A DNA stretch of 64,000 nt from Lytechinus pictus (Eukaryota), in contig NC_087245.1 in assembly GCF_037042905.1 (NCBI RefSeq), positions 15,316,001-15,380,000 on the forward strand, given 5' to 3'. The translations under genes and the position numbers were made by a program. The notes beneath the pieces are model-generated. The model was given only the letters and a program-made list of their open reading frames with translations, was not told the DNA's origin and made no database searches. Of the stretch, positions 49,901 through 60,921 are shown piece by piece. Each line of letters begins with the position of its first letter. The stretch's first letter is position 1.

Positions 49901-52900
49901 ACGAGATCATTTATTTGTGGTTGCAGACTGTTTTTTTTTTTTGCTTGTCAAATTTTTGGGGGGACGAATTTGCTTCCCCCCCTGTGGAAAATCCTAGGTA
50001 CGCCACTGCCCACAATAGGACATGTCATATTCTCGCCATCTAAAAAAATATTATAAGTGACTTCACGCATACATTTCTGATATACTCTCAGAAAATATAT
50101 GAATTCTAATGTTGCTCATAGCAGGACAGCAAAGATAAATCAGCTTTGATTATCGGATTAAAAGCCTCACTTTTTAACGGCGCAAGTTTATTCAAAGTTA
50201 ACTGATTGATTATTCATTACATTGCACACTAAAATCGATTTGGAAGAATCAATATGAAAATGCCAATTGGAAGAAAATAAGTGCTTACTTGAAGTTAATT
50301 GATTCTCTTCAGATCATGACAGAAGCGTTTGGATATCATCAGATTTGATTTAATTAAAAAAGTTTATTGATAATGACCCAAACCCTCTTTTCCTTTTTCT
50401 CTTCACGTAAATTCTTGTTTTGACTTCACATTTTGACACAAATGATCAATTTCGACTTTTGAAGGATATACTATTTGTGCATTTGAGGACGCTCTATTCA
50501 CCGTGAAAATATGGAAATATCAACCCCTGTGTTTGATTTACTGCTTTGAATAAACATCATAAATCAAATTGGATTTGCAATTTTAGATGGAAATCTCTGA
50601 CTGCGGTCTGTTGCCTTCGAATAAACTGAAATTTCCGTCCACGATTTATCGAAACTGGATTAAAGTTGAACATACCGATTTCGGACCTTTCAAAAATTTA
50701 AAAGAGTATTGAGATGTATTTATATATATATACTTATATATAAATACATCTCAATACTCTTTTAACTTTTAACAATTACCAGTTCAGCTTGTCCACATAA
50801 TTTTTAATACACAATTATGCTACATGAGAAAAAAAAACACTTGATAATTGAAGGATATGCAATAAGGGTAAAACGTAGCAAAATTTAAACTTAAATAATA
50901 GAGTGATATCGCAAAAGATTTTACCCCCAAATAGTGGCTTATGATTTTACATGTTTCTATTATTAATAGTAAATTAAAAAGCCGCTGAATAAGTGACGCA
51001 AAGTAGATTGTGATTGAGCCATACAATGTATGAGCAGGGTATAAAGGCCAAGAAATGTGTAAAACAAATCGTATGCAAACGTGGGTCATTCCATTGACGA
51101 ATACAATTTTAGTTCAGATGTAGCAGTGGTGTGGTAGCCGTGCAGTATTCGGGGAAATCCCCGATGGACTGGTACGCAAATAAAGATGTAACCATGGTTA
51201 TTCTATAAGTGGGCGGAGCCTCCTGAGATTACAATGGTTCATGCAGTATAAGTTAATCTTACTGCTGTATTAATCTCTCGAATTCCACTTCCTATACCTA
51301 CAGGGCAAGTACGTAAGAAAGTACCATGCGATGGGAGTTCAGATCTTTATTTTTTTCCCCATTATCATGATTATTTTTTTCATTTGTGTATTTGCATTTC
51401 TCGATTGCTATGGTTCACGCCAAATGAGATGACTCCTAATTGCGTTAATCTCTCAAGCGAAATCACACGCTTCCTACACCCCTATATGTGAGACATTTTG
51501 ACCTTTTGATTTTTTGGTACATCTTTGTGAAATGCATTAGTTTTCGCATCTTTTGTCATACACAATAATTTAGTTAATTTATTAATTGTAAAGAGGATCA
51601 TTTACTGGTGAAAAGGTGTAAATTAAAATGGAGAATACAAAGTGGTCTTGTCACGAGACAAAATATGTCTTACACTTTCGAAAGGAGGAAAACATTTTTA
51701 ATTTGGTTTCGAGCGAGGCACCCAAATTTGATATTTTTCTATAATTATGTTTTAAAAAGTTATTGTCAAAACTGCGTGATGATTTGTCAATAACAATGTT
51801 AAAATCATCTTTAAAATGATTGATTTTTTTAAATGTCACAACCACATGTTGGTTGTGTTAAAAATCACGTTTGAATATAATCGATTTCCTAAGTGTCAAA
51901 TCTATGTGCATGACAGCTGCACAATTAATTTCTCTTCATTAAGAATATTCATATGATGCATTTAACTCTTACTGAGGTTGTTTTAATTTAAGCATATTTG
52001 GGTAAATGCATGACTTTTAATGTTTGCCTGACTGTAAATTTAAAGATTATCATTGGTAATTAAAAGAGTCCCTAATGATAATAATACAATAAAAATTCAA
52101 ATATGCCTTTCGAATGATAACATTTTATGACATCTTATCTTATTGTCTACCAATGTCAATTTAATATCACAGAGGATTTTCGTCATTCATGTTAATGTGA
52201 AAAACCTTGGGTAAAACCATAGCACAGTCCAGCTTACAACTTATCTTTAGGTTTCATTTTGTAACATCAACTGATAGGTTCGGTATATTTATCAGTAGTA
52301 GTCCTTGATATAGTTTTGAATCAATCCCATTTCTGGTAGTCCAGAACAGCCATTATTTATATTTGATTAATATAAACCAGATTACAATAAAAATGAAGAC
52401 TATCTAAATTGTCAATGATTTTAACCCTAATTCTCCCGGGGGGGGGGGGGGGGGGCATAATGCCCCCCCCCCTCGACAATTTTCGCGATATATCTGCTGC
52501 GCAAAATTTTTTGACCTCGCCGTTCACGGACTTTTTACTTTCAAGTCTCGCGCAAATTTTGAGACCAGATTTGTGACGCCCGGGTACGCGGTCACGACAT
52601 TACGCAACATTATGTAAGTGCATGTCAGACCCCAAATTGCTCATAAACGTGATTTCATGTACAAATCCAATGCAGATTGTGTATTAGCCAAAATTCATAA
52701 ATGTATCATTATTTCTACTTTTACTGATTAAACTTAATTAATTTTGCCTTGTTTATGATCAGAATTAAGTCTGGAACGATTTCCATTAAAAAAAACAGTA
52801 AAAAACAAAAAGTAAAAAAACAATAAAATACATAGAAAATTGGTCTTGGTACCATAATCGTTTAAATTCACAATTGTTAAGAATGCTATAAAGAATATTT

Positions 52901-55900
52901 TCACCTAAAAATAGCATTCTAGGAGCTTTATTTAGTGAATCAGAGCAAAAAGTATGATTTCATGAATAAATTAGCATAATTAATTCATACAAAATAAAAA
53001 TATATGAATTCAGTGAAATTTACCAATGCAACTGCGTAGATTACGTCATTCTCTACCATCGTGCAAATTTTCGTTGTGATCGCGCAATCCGCGGCTGAGA
53101 TCTTAAGGGGGGGGCCATAATGCCCCCCGGGAATGACAAGAATCAAAATACCCCGGGAGATTTAGGGTTAAGTCTTAAAAGAAAACTTATATTTTTATCA
53201 TGCCCGATTGAAAGTTTGTGTTATTGCAAATAACGATGTTACTTTCTACCCTATTGGACTAAAATCGAGAACACTCCTAATTGTGAACATTATTTTCGTT
53301 ACATTCAAACGCCTTAAAGAACTTTGTATTAACTGAAAGCCCATAATCAATAATTATAATTAAGTTGTCAGTCCGCTGACTCTCGTCAGCTGATCAGTAA
53401 TAAACATTGTCACAATTGTTATGTTATTTACAAACATTCTTTTAATGTATTGTTATGTTTTGTATGAAATCTGGGTCGCAAGATAATGCTCATGCAGCTT
53501 TTGTTTGTGCTTGACAATGAAGATTAAATTCAACGGGACAAAAGGCAGTTTTTGGTTCATATCGTAACCAAACATACGATTGTAGGGTCGTCACTATGAT
53601 TTGGTATTGAAATCGCTTTTATACAGAAAAAGATTTCCCCAATAGCCATGAACTTCAACTTAATATTTTCCTCGACTTTAGAGAACATTTTACGGTATGG
53701 TTTTCCTTCATGTAAGTGTTCATGTCAAGTACGATAAATTCAAATCATAAAATCAATTTAAATCAAAAAGTGTGAGACCTTTCCAATGAAAAGTATGCTC
53801 CACAAAACGGCACTTAATAAATCCGGTGGATGGTTTCAAACCAGGGTTACAATGGCGCAGGCCCTCCTCTGTCAAACTATATTTTGAAAAACTTACTTGT
53901 ATAAATTACTGCGAGTGTGATGGCGATGAGAATGATGACGCTGATGATGAGGATGAGTACTAGAGACCATAATTTGCATCTTCTCTTCGACGTTTTTGTC
54001 TCCACTTTGTACTCTTCCGTTGCACTGAGAGGGAGAGCGATTGAGAATGAGACAGAACGAAAGATATGGAGAGAGGGGAGAGAGAGTAGAGAGTGGGAGA
54101 CGGAGACGGAGAGATCAGGTTAGGGTGGAGAGGGAGGTTGAGAGAGACAGGAGAGTGACGTGGAATGAAAGGTGTTTTTGATCTGTTGATTGAAACCATT
54201 GTGTTATCACTATATTTAGGCACTATTAAACGGAAAAAAATTAACTGATCAAACATTATTCTACTCTATATTGATCATGAGGCAAATGTCATGAAACCTT
54301 GATACAATTAAACGAATGGATCTTATCGTTCAACGTATACCAAGATTGTATTTCGATAGGCAGTGATAAGTGGACAAACTCTGTCATGTGCTACACAGAT
54401 TGATTGAAAGAAGTAGACACCTGATATTATCAACCCCATTATAGTGAGTATATAGTTACACCGAGACATATCGTTTGGATATGCATTTTTATAGCAAACA
54501 CTGATACTGGTATAGCTAGGCCACCACTTATTGGCGTAACTGATACACACACACACACACACACACACCCACCCACCCACCCACACACATCCTCATATAC
54601 ACGCACACTCAGAACCGGACACGCACACTCAGAACCGGAGAGAGAGAGGAGGGGGGGGGGCTATATAGCCAACATGCATACAAAAAGTGAACATGGGTCA
54701 TTGACAATGCACACTCTCACCCACACTCACACGATTTTATCCTTAACCCACACTATTAACTATTATGCCTCTGCGCTAAGCTGTCCATGCAACCAGCCCA
54801 CCGGGTGCTCTCAAGCATGGTCAATATTGCAAACCTTGATTATATCATATCCCCATATCACCTTTATAGGAAAATATGTCATGCAATCAGACCTATTTTT
54901 TTCTTTTGATACTCTTGTTTCAATCCTTTATACAAACTTTGACAATATTACAGGTGGACGTCTACTACATGACGTTAAAAATACCAGCGCTAACCAATAC
55001 CACCATAAGAAACCTTTCATGGATTAAACTCGTTTAGCATACCATTCACAGGAAAACCTGACATTAATAGTGACAGACTTGATATCTTGACTTTGGGATC
55101 GAGTTTAGTTCTTATGAAAATAAAACACTATTATCTGGACTCGATAGATTTTCGTCAAATGAGTCTTTACATTTCATTATTAATAATTCATTTATATCAA
55201 CGTTAAAGTAAACATGACACATCCACATAGGTTTCTAAGAATGTCCTCTTTTTGTCACATTTTTGTAACCACAGAAGATGTACATGTAACACATTTTAAT
55301 AAAACGAAACCAGTGTGTATGTCATACTTATTTCAGCATGATGATAAGGAATCGTTCGTTTAGTAATACTGCGATGGACTGGACTCGGATAATGGTAATT
55401 TGATCGCAAATATTGTAATCTTTCCACAATTGAATCATTCGTTGTCTCATTCATGTCATTACAGATCTATTATTTATGAATTTAGGTCAAATTTACACCA
55501 CAGTGTGACTTTTCCTCTATTAAATGTGTAACCAACGCTGCTCAAAAGGTTCCTTTATACAAAAAACCCAATGAAATCCGAAATGTCAATAAAACTTTCT
55601 GTTGCTAACTTATTCAAATAAAACTTCGATGAAGCGTTTGGTCGAGATTTTCTGGTTTATCACGTTTTTTTCAGTGCAATTCATCGTGTTGGGTATAGAG
55701 CATACTTTTAAACCCACTACTGACACGACCGAGTAAATATCATGTTATACTCCTCTTCAGTCTATATTACAGTTTCGGCGCCAGAAGAAGACTTGAACTT
55801 TTATTGATTTACCAACTTTTTATTATTTTTTCACATTTTATTGTAGTGAAATGTTGGATCTCTCCATTCTAGATACATAAATTATTTTATATCGATACTG

Positions 55901-58900
55901 CATTTAAAATCCAATTCAATTAAAGTTTATTAGTTCAAGACCATAATTGACCTGTAGGAAGAACAGAGCCATTATATCAACGGCTCTGAATAGAGTGATC
56001 CATTCGTATCTTTTTAAGTGCTTGCATATTTGATTTTAATGTTTTGAACAATGTATTTTGTGTGTGATTTTATACGGTAAATAAAACCAAACCAAACCCC
56101 AAAAGACCTTTTAAAGACAATCACAGACATACCGTAGTTGTGCACGTATCTTTCTACATTGTCTTCTGGTGCAAATATTGCAATATTAAGCAATAAGAAC
56201 ATGGAGTATGAAAGGTGAAAGTGAAATATGAAAAAACTGGTACGGGCATTCTTCACCTCTGTTTAAAGTGAAATATTCCATAGTTGTTATAAACAATTTT
56301 AACACTTTGGGTGCGGGGCTAGAAATAAAAATTGTTCGATTTTAGTGTTATACTTAAAGCCCCCTCACACCTGACCGAATGTAGGCAAATGACTAAGGGT
56401 GACGAATGGGAAAAATGCACGAAATGCACGCGAATTCAAAAAAATTTCTGTCAAATCATGCTATCAGTAACTATTGTCAAATGTTATCAACGAAACGTTA
56501 TGCGAAGGATAAATATGAGACGCGAAGGATATCGATTTTTCGGTTCACCTCTTTGAGTAAATTGCAGCCGAAGGCGAGCGAAGGGTTGATATAACCCAAT
56601 AAGACGAACATACAGTGAGCAATGGTTTAATATGGGATTAGAAACGAAGACGAGGGAATAGATCGGGCGTTCTTGTACGTTTGTGTCATCGTGTTGCTTC
56701 GTTAAGGATTTTTTCGCGATCGGTCCACTTTGGCAAAAGCACGATGAGGGACTATGCGCGACAATATCACACGAACGATTACCGCAGACTAAATAAGAGA
56801 TGCGAATTCAAACAGATGATCAACGATTTTTTAATTCGTCGGGAAATTTCAAACAAGTTCAAAATTTCCGCGCGAATTCTAATAATCGCAGCTGTTAGTC
56901 CAGAAGGTGTACGAACCCAAACACGAAGGGTAAATATGATTTATTTTCATTCACCATCGAAAACGATTTAAAAGAAAATGCCTTTCGCCAGCCATCGCAA
57001 GGTATATTTCAGGCAACTCGGTTAGGTGTGAGGGGGCCTTTAAGACGAACAATAATAGGCATATAGGCCTAATAGGCCTATATTTGGAAGTCATGAGAGG
57101 ACTCTACAATAAAATATTACCTTTTGATCCTTATTATAAAAGTTATTTATTAGCCTTCATAATTGTTTGAAGGAATATTACAGAGGTGGTCCATTTTTCG
57201 AATCTATGAAATCTTTAATAGTAAGTATGTATCTTAGAGATGATACATCTCTGGGTTTTTGCACGTATTGGGTCCTTGATCCTTGAGTTCAAAGTTTGAC
57301 TCAAACTTGATATATGGAACGCGAAATGACATGAACTGTCACAGCCCATACGAAAATGGACCAACAAAACATAGCTCATAGATAGAAAACAATCTGTTGT
57401 GGTATTTGGATCAGTATAACCGTCAATGAACTCTATCCAACTGAGAGAGACAGCAGAAGCTCTTCTCTGATTACAACCCACATGACTGATATGCAGGGGC
57501 GGTGTCACAAGGGATACAGAGGGCGGGCATCCCATATTTTTTTTGTGAAAGTAAGAACACATGACAATTGAAAAGAGAGGACCTATAGTTGCATAACTGT
57601 ATAATACAAATATATTTCATTATTACAAGAGATTCAGAGTAAGGTTCTCTTGTCCCCCTCCCCTCTCACCCCTCCCTACTGTCCTGTACCGGCCCGAGCA
57701 ATTCTTAGAAGTATCTGCCCGGGGTTCGATATAAGAAGGTGGAATAAAAGGTTAACGGGTTAAATCCATGGGTTCAACTACGACACGGAAGATGATGTGC
57801 ATTTGGAACTGTCATCTAGAATTGTCCCCATTCTTCAACCAATGTTTCCCTATATTTCTGTGCAAAAGGTTGGTCATCGTACTCCACACTCCAAATGGCA
57901 ACATGATATTCCCCTTCATTATTCTTGAATATTGAAATTAACAAGCACTAATTATTTGACGAAACATCTATTTCCTTGTTCATTGTCGATGTGAAACTGA
58001 AAAAAAAACCACATAAAACAAAAAGAAATGATTAACTCGACCCAAGCACCACAACAAAGTCATTGTCAACACGAAAATTAATTTTGAAAAATTCATAAAT
58101 ACCTCGCATTTCATAATTTTTTGTATTTGACAAGTTTGTTTGAAAAGTTATTCAATCTCCTCTTGATAGATACCTTCCTTCATACCCATGATATCAGATT
58201 GATCCGGACCAGTCCCACGTAAATATATAAAATATTTCTCAATCAACAAACAACCAACCAAGTCTGACAAACAAGAAATGATCAAATCAACAACGTTATC
58301 AAACATACGACTTTATTTACTAATGAACTGTCCCCTGCAGAGTTCTGAAATATGTCAAAACGAATGAACCTAAACGACGGAAGCGCTCTCTGTCGTAATA
58401 AGGAGTTTTTGCAACTGCAACGGGGACAGATTCAAGAACACAGTTAATGTAATTGGAAATACCCGTCAAATGACAAAGAGCAGCGGGGATGGTGTTTCTT
58501 TCTTCCAATATTGGTGAACCAGAACAGCAGTTTCGTCCAAATTTTTGGAGCTGACGAAAAATTGCAAATATATTTTTATCCTGAGTCCGGGACGAAACTG
58601 CTGTTTCGATTTACCAATTACCGACAAAGACTTCTCACGTGTCCTTTGTCATGGAGGGCATTTGACAGTTCACTTTGCTTGGTGTGTGAATACGCCGTGC
58701 GTCGTGCCCGTAGAAGCGAAAACTGCCTACTCTCCCACCGTTTCACTGTTTATACCAAACATTATTTCATCAAAGCTTCACACGACACCATGAAACTGTA
58801 TACTCCTACAATTTTAGAAATCCCGAGATAGAGACGTCAATTTCCATCCCAACAGATTGATGTAGATTCGATTTGATAAGATGGAATATTAAAGCTTTTA

Positions 58901-60777
58901 TTTTGATTACGTTACAGCTGGCTGCTGATGTATTTCTTGTACATTCATCTGAAAGATTTTTTTTGTATAGCTCATTGTTAAATTGATTTAAAGCGGGAAA
59001 TAGTGAGGTCGATTTGACCTTTTCAAATTTTAATTTGCCTCACTGTCATTCTTATTTTTCTTCTTTTTACTGCTGAAATCAAGATTCCCCACATTATTTG
59101 GTGTGCATATCAGATTTTAAAATAGAAATGCCTTTCTTTGGGGCTCACTCGCTTTGCGAACTCACAAACGTTAATAAATATTTCATCGTATGAATGTTTT
59201 TCAACTTCTTCAGTTTTTATTGTGCTTAATATACTCCTCTATCTCATCTATTAAGTTTCATTCCATCATTATAGCTTATGACTATTACATTTTCCTCAAA
59301 CTGAATTGATTTGCAATAAGCATTGCATTTAACAAAATAAAGATCAGCTTGAAGATCGATATAAAGTTTTTATTTGCCCAATAACAATACACAATATAGA
59401 CGTAAAAGGTGTTAATTAATATAGGATCAAATTGAAGCTTTTACGCATTCACATAACGAATATGTTACAAAAAGTATATGTACAGTTTCTAAAAATGCTT
59501 TCACCCGAACACACACCCATCCAGACGTGCAAAGAATTTTCCTGCACGCCCACGCGCTCTCACTCTACAGACGCAATACCAGCAAAACCTTTCCATAAAT
59601 GATATGTATCGGTATTTACATTATTATTTTCTTGAGCATTAGATTCTATCTCTTTAGTTTGATTGTTTATATTGATCTACTAATTAATTCGTTGTGTTGA
59701 CCATGGTCACTTTGAATGTTAAGATCAGTGGCGTAATCAGCCAAAAACTTTGAGGGGACGAGATATTGCGTATCGGGTAAAATTTACAAAAAGTTGCGAA
59801 CGATCGAAGCGAGCAAACATTTCGACATTATATACAAAAATCCAATTTTGTGATAGATTTTGACATAATTTTCAGAATATGATTTTATGTTTCACCCTTC
59901 TCCATTTTCTTTTCTTTTCTCTTTTTTGTCCTTGGTTGTGATTTCTTTTAGAGGGGGGGGGGGTAGGGGCAAGCCCCCATCTGTACGCCACTAATTAAGA
60001 TGACCTATTTTGCGCATCAAACATTAATTTTATAAAGCATGATATTCATTCTTACGCATAATGTAATGATATATGAATTATTTCCTGAATTCAATTGGGT
60101 TTTGATGTGTTCGAGCTATGAGCAGTAATACCATCGTGCACTTTTACAAAATAGGCATGAATAATAAAATAATTATTATTTGTTGTAAGCTTTCCCCTTT
60201 CCCATTTTTAAAACCTATTCCAATTTAGAAAATTAAGACAAAGTCAACATGTTTTTTTTTTTCACATCCATCGTGGATCTGAGTACCTGAACGAAAATAA
60301 TAAGTTCAAAATGTCCTTAGGTCTCTTGAAGTGTCCGTCTACCCAAGATAAACTGAAGTGTTTAAAGTGCATTAAACGTCTAGTGTGCTCCAAATCTGTA
60401 TCTTCCAACATAATTAAAAAAGGTCAAATGGACTACCAGTCGTGCGTCTTGTCAGATGTCACTCCGAGGGGCTGCCGATAATATCTATCATCATGATCGA
60501 GTACACGACAAGGAATCCTGGACAATAAAAGCATTTGACGATTCAATGTAGGACTAAGATCTTGTTTTGAACAAATTTTTACACGCCTACAAATGTCAGG
60601 GGTAGCGCTACAGAGAGCCGGGGGCGACATCTCAATATGATTTTTGTTTAAGTGAAAAGGGGAAAAGAGTGGGAAAAGATTTTTTTTGAAGAGTAGGAAT
60701 TGAGATGATTTTGGTCACTTTATTCATGGTACCCATTATAATGTTAAATTAATAGTTTTTACTCACCTTTGGGCCAT
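23227..60777 (-). CDS. Type II transmembrane serine protease gene (matriptase/enteropeptidase-like): TM-SEA-CUB-10xLDLa-S1 peptidase; 26 coding exons, about 948 aa
   Basis: All exons have AG/GT boundaries with matching phases. The summed CDS is 2847 nt and in frame. Catalytic motifs TAAHC, YDVAL and GDSGGP are present. Confidence 0.88.
24841..24983 (-). CDS. Protease exon ([20 protein letters not shown]...[15 protein letters not shown])
   Basis: atgtag / gtaagt, phase 1-0. Confidence 0.9.
25393..25670 (-). CDS. Protease exon with catalytic Asp (YDVALVQL...YVRPVCLP...TGYG)
   Basis: tgacag / gtaatg, phase 2-1. Confidence 0.92.
26043..26121 (-). CDS. Protease exon with catalytic His ([17 protein letters not shown])
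   Basis: ttttag / gtaagt, phase 1-2. Confidence 0.92.
27081..27179 (-). CDS. Protease exon: activation segment ([31 protein letters not shown])
   Basis: atgtag / gtgagt; CG...GG..A..GEWPWQ motif. Confidence 0.9.
27310..27520 (+). mobile_element. tRNA-derived SINE family A
   Basis: A/B-box-like TTGGTAGAGC...GGTTCGATTCC, core GTGCCCTTTGGTAAGGCATTAATCC, (CAC/CAT)n tail; second copy at 22700-22870. Confidence 0.8.
27764..27853 (-). CDS. Protease exon: LDLa repeat 10, 4-Cys form ([28 protein letters not shown])
   Basis: atgtag / gtgcgt, phase 1-1. Confidence 0.82.
27950..28187 (-). mobile_element. tRNA-derived SINE family B (MetaSINE-like)
   Basis: Minus strand reads CGGTGTGTTGGCTCAGTTGGTAGA...GTTCAAGCCCCGGCCGCGTCACACCAAAAGA; second copy at 37825-38077. 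Confidence 0.8.
28364..28486 (-). CDS. Protease exon: LDLa repeat 9 ([35 protein letters not shown])
   Basis: tcttag / gtaaaa, phase 1-1. Confidence 0.88.
   Translation of the reverse strand, partial: HARKDFSDARIDNASRIFSFVTVSEIVRAAPMSRTVLKMH
29055..29171 (-). CDS. Protease exon: LDLa repeat 8 ([32 protein letters not shown])
   Basis: atttag / gtacgt, phase 1-1. Confidence 0.9.
29237..31383. mobile_element. 2.1-kb hAT-like non-autonomous element
   Basis: TIRs CAGGGGCGTAGACA / TGTCTACGCCACTG; perfect 8-bp TSD ATTTGCAG (29229-29236, 31384-31391). Confidence 0.88.
32471..32602 (-). CDS. Protease exon: LDLa repeat 7 ([35 protein letters not shown])
   Basis: tgatag / gtatgg, phase 1-1. Confidence 0.88.
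33422..33529 (-). CDS. Protease exon: LDLa repeat 6 ([35 protein letters not shown])
   Basis: ctgcag / gtaagt, phase 1-1. Confidence 0.88.
34435..34545 (-). CDS. Protease exon: LDLa repeat 5 ([35 protein letters not shown])
   Basis: ttttcag / gtaagt, phase 1-1. Confidence 0.9.
35975..36085 (-). CDS. Protease exon: LDLa repeat 4 ([36 protein letters not shown])
   Basis: ccatag / gtaagt, phase 1-1. Confidence 0.87.
36204..36368. mobile_element. Short MITE (Harbinger-like termini)
   Basis: CTGGGGAGTGTTTCAT...ATGAAACGCTCCCCTG; internal TCCGACAAG/CTTGTCGGA inverted repeats. Confidence 0.7.
37011..37106 (-). CDS. Protease exon: LDLa repeat 3, 4-Cys form ([31 protein letters not shown])
   Basis: ttacag / gtaagt, phase 1-1. 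Confidence 0.85.
37653..37760 (-). CDS. Protease exon: LDLa repeat 2 ([35 protein letters not shown])
   Basis: ttctag / gtaaat, phase 1-1. Confidence 0.85.
37825..38077 (-). mobile_element. tRNA-derived SINE family B (MetaSINE-like)
   Basis: Head TGGCTCAGTTGGTAGAGCG...GGTTCAAACC; body homologous to 27950-28187 and 9575-9690. Confidence 0.82.
38736..39091. mobile_element. Degenerate MITE with repeated AATTATCCGC motifs
   Basis: Ends CTTTCACAA / TTGTGAAAGGGGTA; several TTATCCGC/GCGGATAA copies. Confidence 0.55.
39317..39436 (-). CDS. Protease exon: LDLa repeat 1 ([36 protein letters not shown])
   Basis: ttttcag / gtaggt, phase 1-1. Confidence 0.85.
40058..40615. mobile_element. ~560-bp TIR element with CCGG(G)n termini and an 8-bp TSD
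   Basis: GGCACTTGCATTGACGAGTGGATACCATGCGCGA vs TCGCGCATGGTATCCACTCGTCAATGGAAGTGCC; TSD GTTTGACA (40050-40057, 40616-40623). Confidence 0.88.
40640..40834 (-). CDS. Protease exon: CUB domain part 2 (EYLYLG...[22 protein letters not shown]...GGFEA)
   Basis: ttgcag / gtaatt; ORF 40632-40832. Confidence 0.85.
41489..41641 (-). CDS. Protease exon: CUB domain part 1 (NVTSPCYP...[19 protein letters not shown])
   Basis: atgcag / gtaaga; CUB SPxYP and IxxxFxxFxLE motifs. Confidence 0.85.
42095..42127 (-). CDS. Protease micro-exon, 33 bp ([11 protein letters not shown])
   Basis: ttttcag / gtgaga, phase 1-1; supplies the first CUB cysteine. Confidence 0.7.
42341..42370 (-). CDS. Protease micro-exon, 30 bp ([10 protein letters not shown])
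   Basis: tttatag / gtaaga, phase 1-1. Confidence 0.6.
42719..42797 (-). CDS. Protease exon: SEA C-terminus ([26 protein letters not shown])
   Basis: ttgacag / gtagga; VDxxSL motif. Confidence 0.8.
43525..43651 (-). CDS. Protease exon: SEA domain part 3 with G^SVIV autoproteolysis motif
   Basis: ttttag / gtaagt; reads (R)[11 protein letters not shown]... Confidence 0.87.
43760..43980 (+). mobile_element. Degenerate tRNA-derived SINE
   Basis: GGTTCGATTCC B box; tail ACTGAAGTAGCTACCTTGGGTAAA resembles 2611-2635. Confidence 0.6.
44187..44459. mobile_element. Fold-back MITE (Harbinger-like)
   Basis: Perfect inverted ends of about 40 bp, CAATGGCCCGAATTCACAAAGGTGGACTAAAGTTATACCGG; internal CTAAAGTTAAC repeats. 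Confidence 0.85.
44700..44767 (-). CDS. Protease exon: SEA domain part 2 ([23 protein letters not shown])
   Basis: ccgtag / gtaaga, phase 0-2. Confidence 0.8.
46541..46806. mobile_element. CACTA/EnSpm-like MITE
   Basis: CACTCTAAAAAATATTGGGTAAA / TTTACCCAATATTTTTTTACAGTG; 2-bp TSD CA. Confidence 0.78.
47039..47151 (-). CDS. Protease exon: SEA domain part 1 ([29 protein letters not shown])
   Basis: gtcacag / gtaagt; SEA N-terminal consensus. Confidence 0.85.
47495..47606 (+). repeat. (GAA/GGA)n purine microsatellite
   Basis: About 110 bp of AAG/GAG triplets. Confidence 0.9.
48857..48889 (-). CDS. Protease micro-exon, 33 bp ([11 protein letters not shown])
   Basis: ttttag / gtaagg, phase 1-1. 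Confidence 0.6.
   Translation of the reverse strand, partial: VDPQIHNITT
49763..50008. mobile_element. hAT-like MITE
   Basis: CACTAGCGTACCTA / TAGGTACGCCACTG; perfect 8-bp TSD CCCACAAT (49755-49762, 50009-50016). Confidence 0.87.
50698..50765. repeat. Perfect 31-bp-arm AT-rich palindrome with a 6-nt loop
   Basis: TTAAAAGAGTATTGAGATGTATTTATATATA-TATACT-TATATATAAATACATCTCAATACTCTTTTAA. Confidence 0.9.
52425..53167. mobile_element. piggyBac-like MITE
   Basis: TTAA TSD on both sides; termini CCCTAATTCTCCCGGGG / CCCCGGGAGATTTAGGG; subterminal GGG(C)CATAATGCCCCCC hairpins. Confidence 0.87.
53897..54024 (-). CDS. Protease exon: cytoplasmic tail and signal-anchor TM ([42 protein letters not shown])
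   Basis: ctctcag acceptor, gtaagt donor; basic residues precede a hydrophobic run of over 20 aa. Confidence 0.85.
56358..57040. mobile_element. PIF/Harbinger-like MITE
   Basis: GCCCCCTCACACCTGACCGA / TCGGTTAGGTGTGAGGGGGC; TAA flanks. Confidence 0.8.
59726..59993. mobile_element. hAT-like MITE, family shared with 62036-62311
   Basis: CAGTGGCGTA / TACGCCACTA; TSD GTTAAGAT / ATTAAGAT (7 of 8 match). Confidence 0.8.
60767..60777 (-). CDS. Putative first coding exon (ATG GCC CAA AG; MAQS)
   Basis: AAAATGG Kozak-like context; AG|gtgagt donor in phase 2 matches the TM exon acceptor. Confidence 0.55.
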
Positions 60778-60884
60778 TTTGCCGTCTTATGAATATCATT
60801 TGGGTACCGTCTTTATACCCTATCATCACTTGCGATTATCATATGTATAACGCATAAACGTTATGTGATCCGATATACTTCTCA

Positions 60885-60921
60885 ATTCTGATAAGAGCGC
60901 CTTCTCTGGTATTTCTTTATA
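60885..60921 (-). promoter_or_regulatory. Candidate core promoter of the protease gene: TATAAAG (60921-60915) with TCA about 32 nt downstream; overlapping TGATAAG GATA motif
   Basis: Motif spacing only; lies about 110-145 nt upstream of the putative ATG. Confidence 0.35.

Noticed and set aside
53360..53395. Minus-strand CTGACGA-GAGTC-AGCG-GACT-GACA
   Set aside because: GAAA is replaced by GACA and there is no convincing stem I or III.
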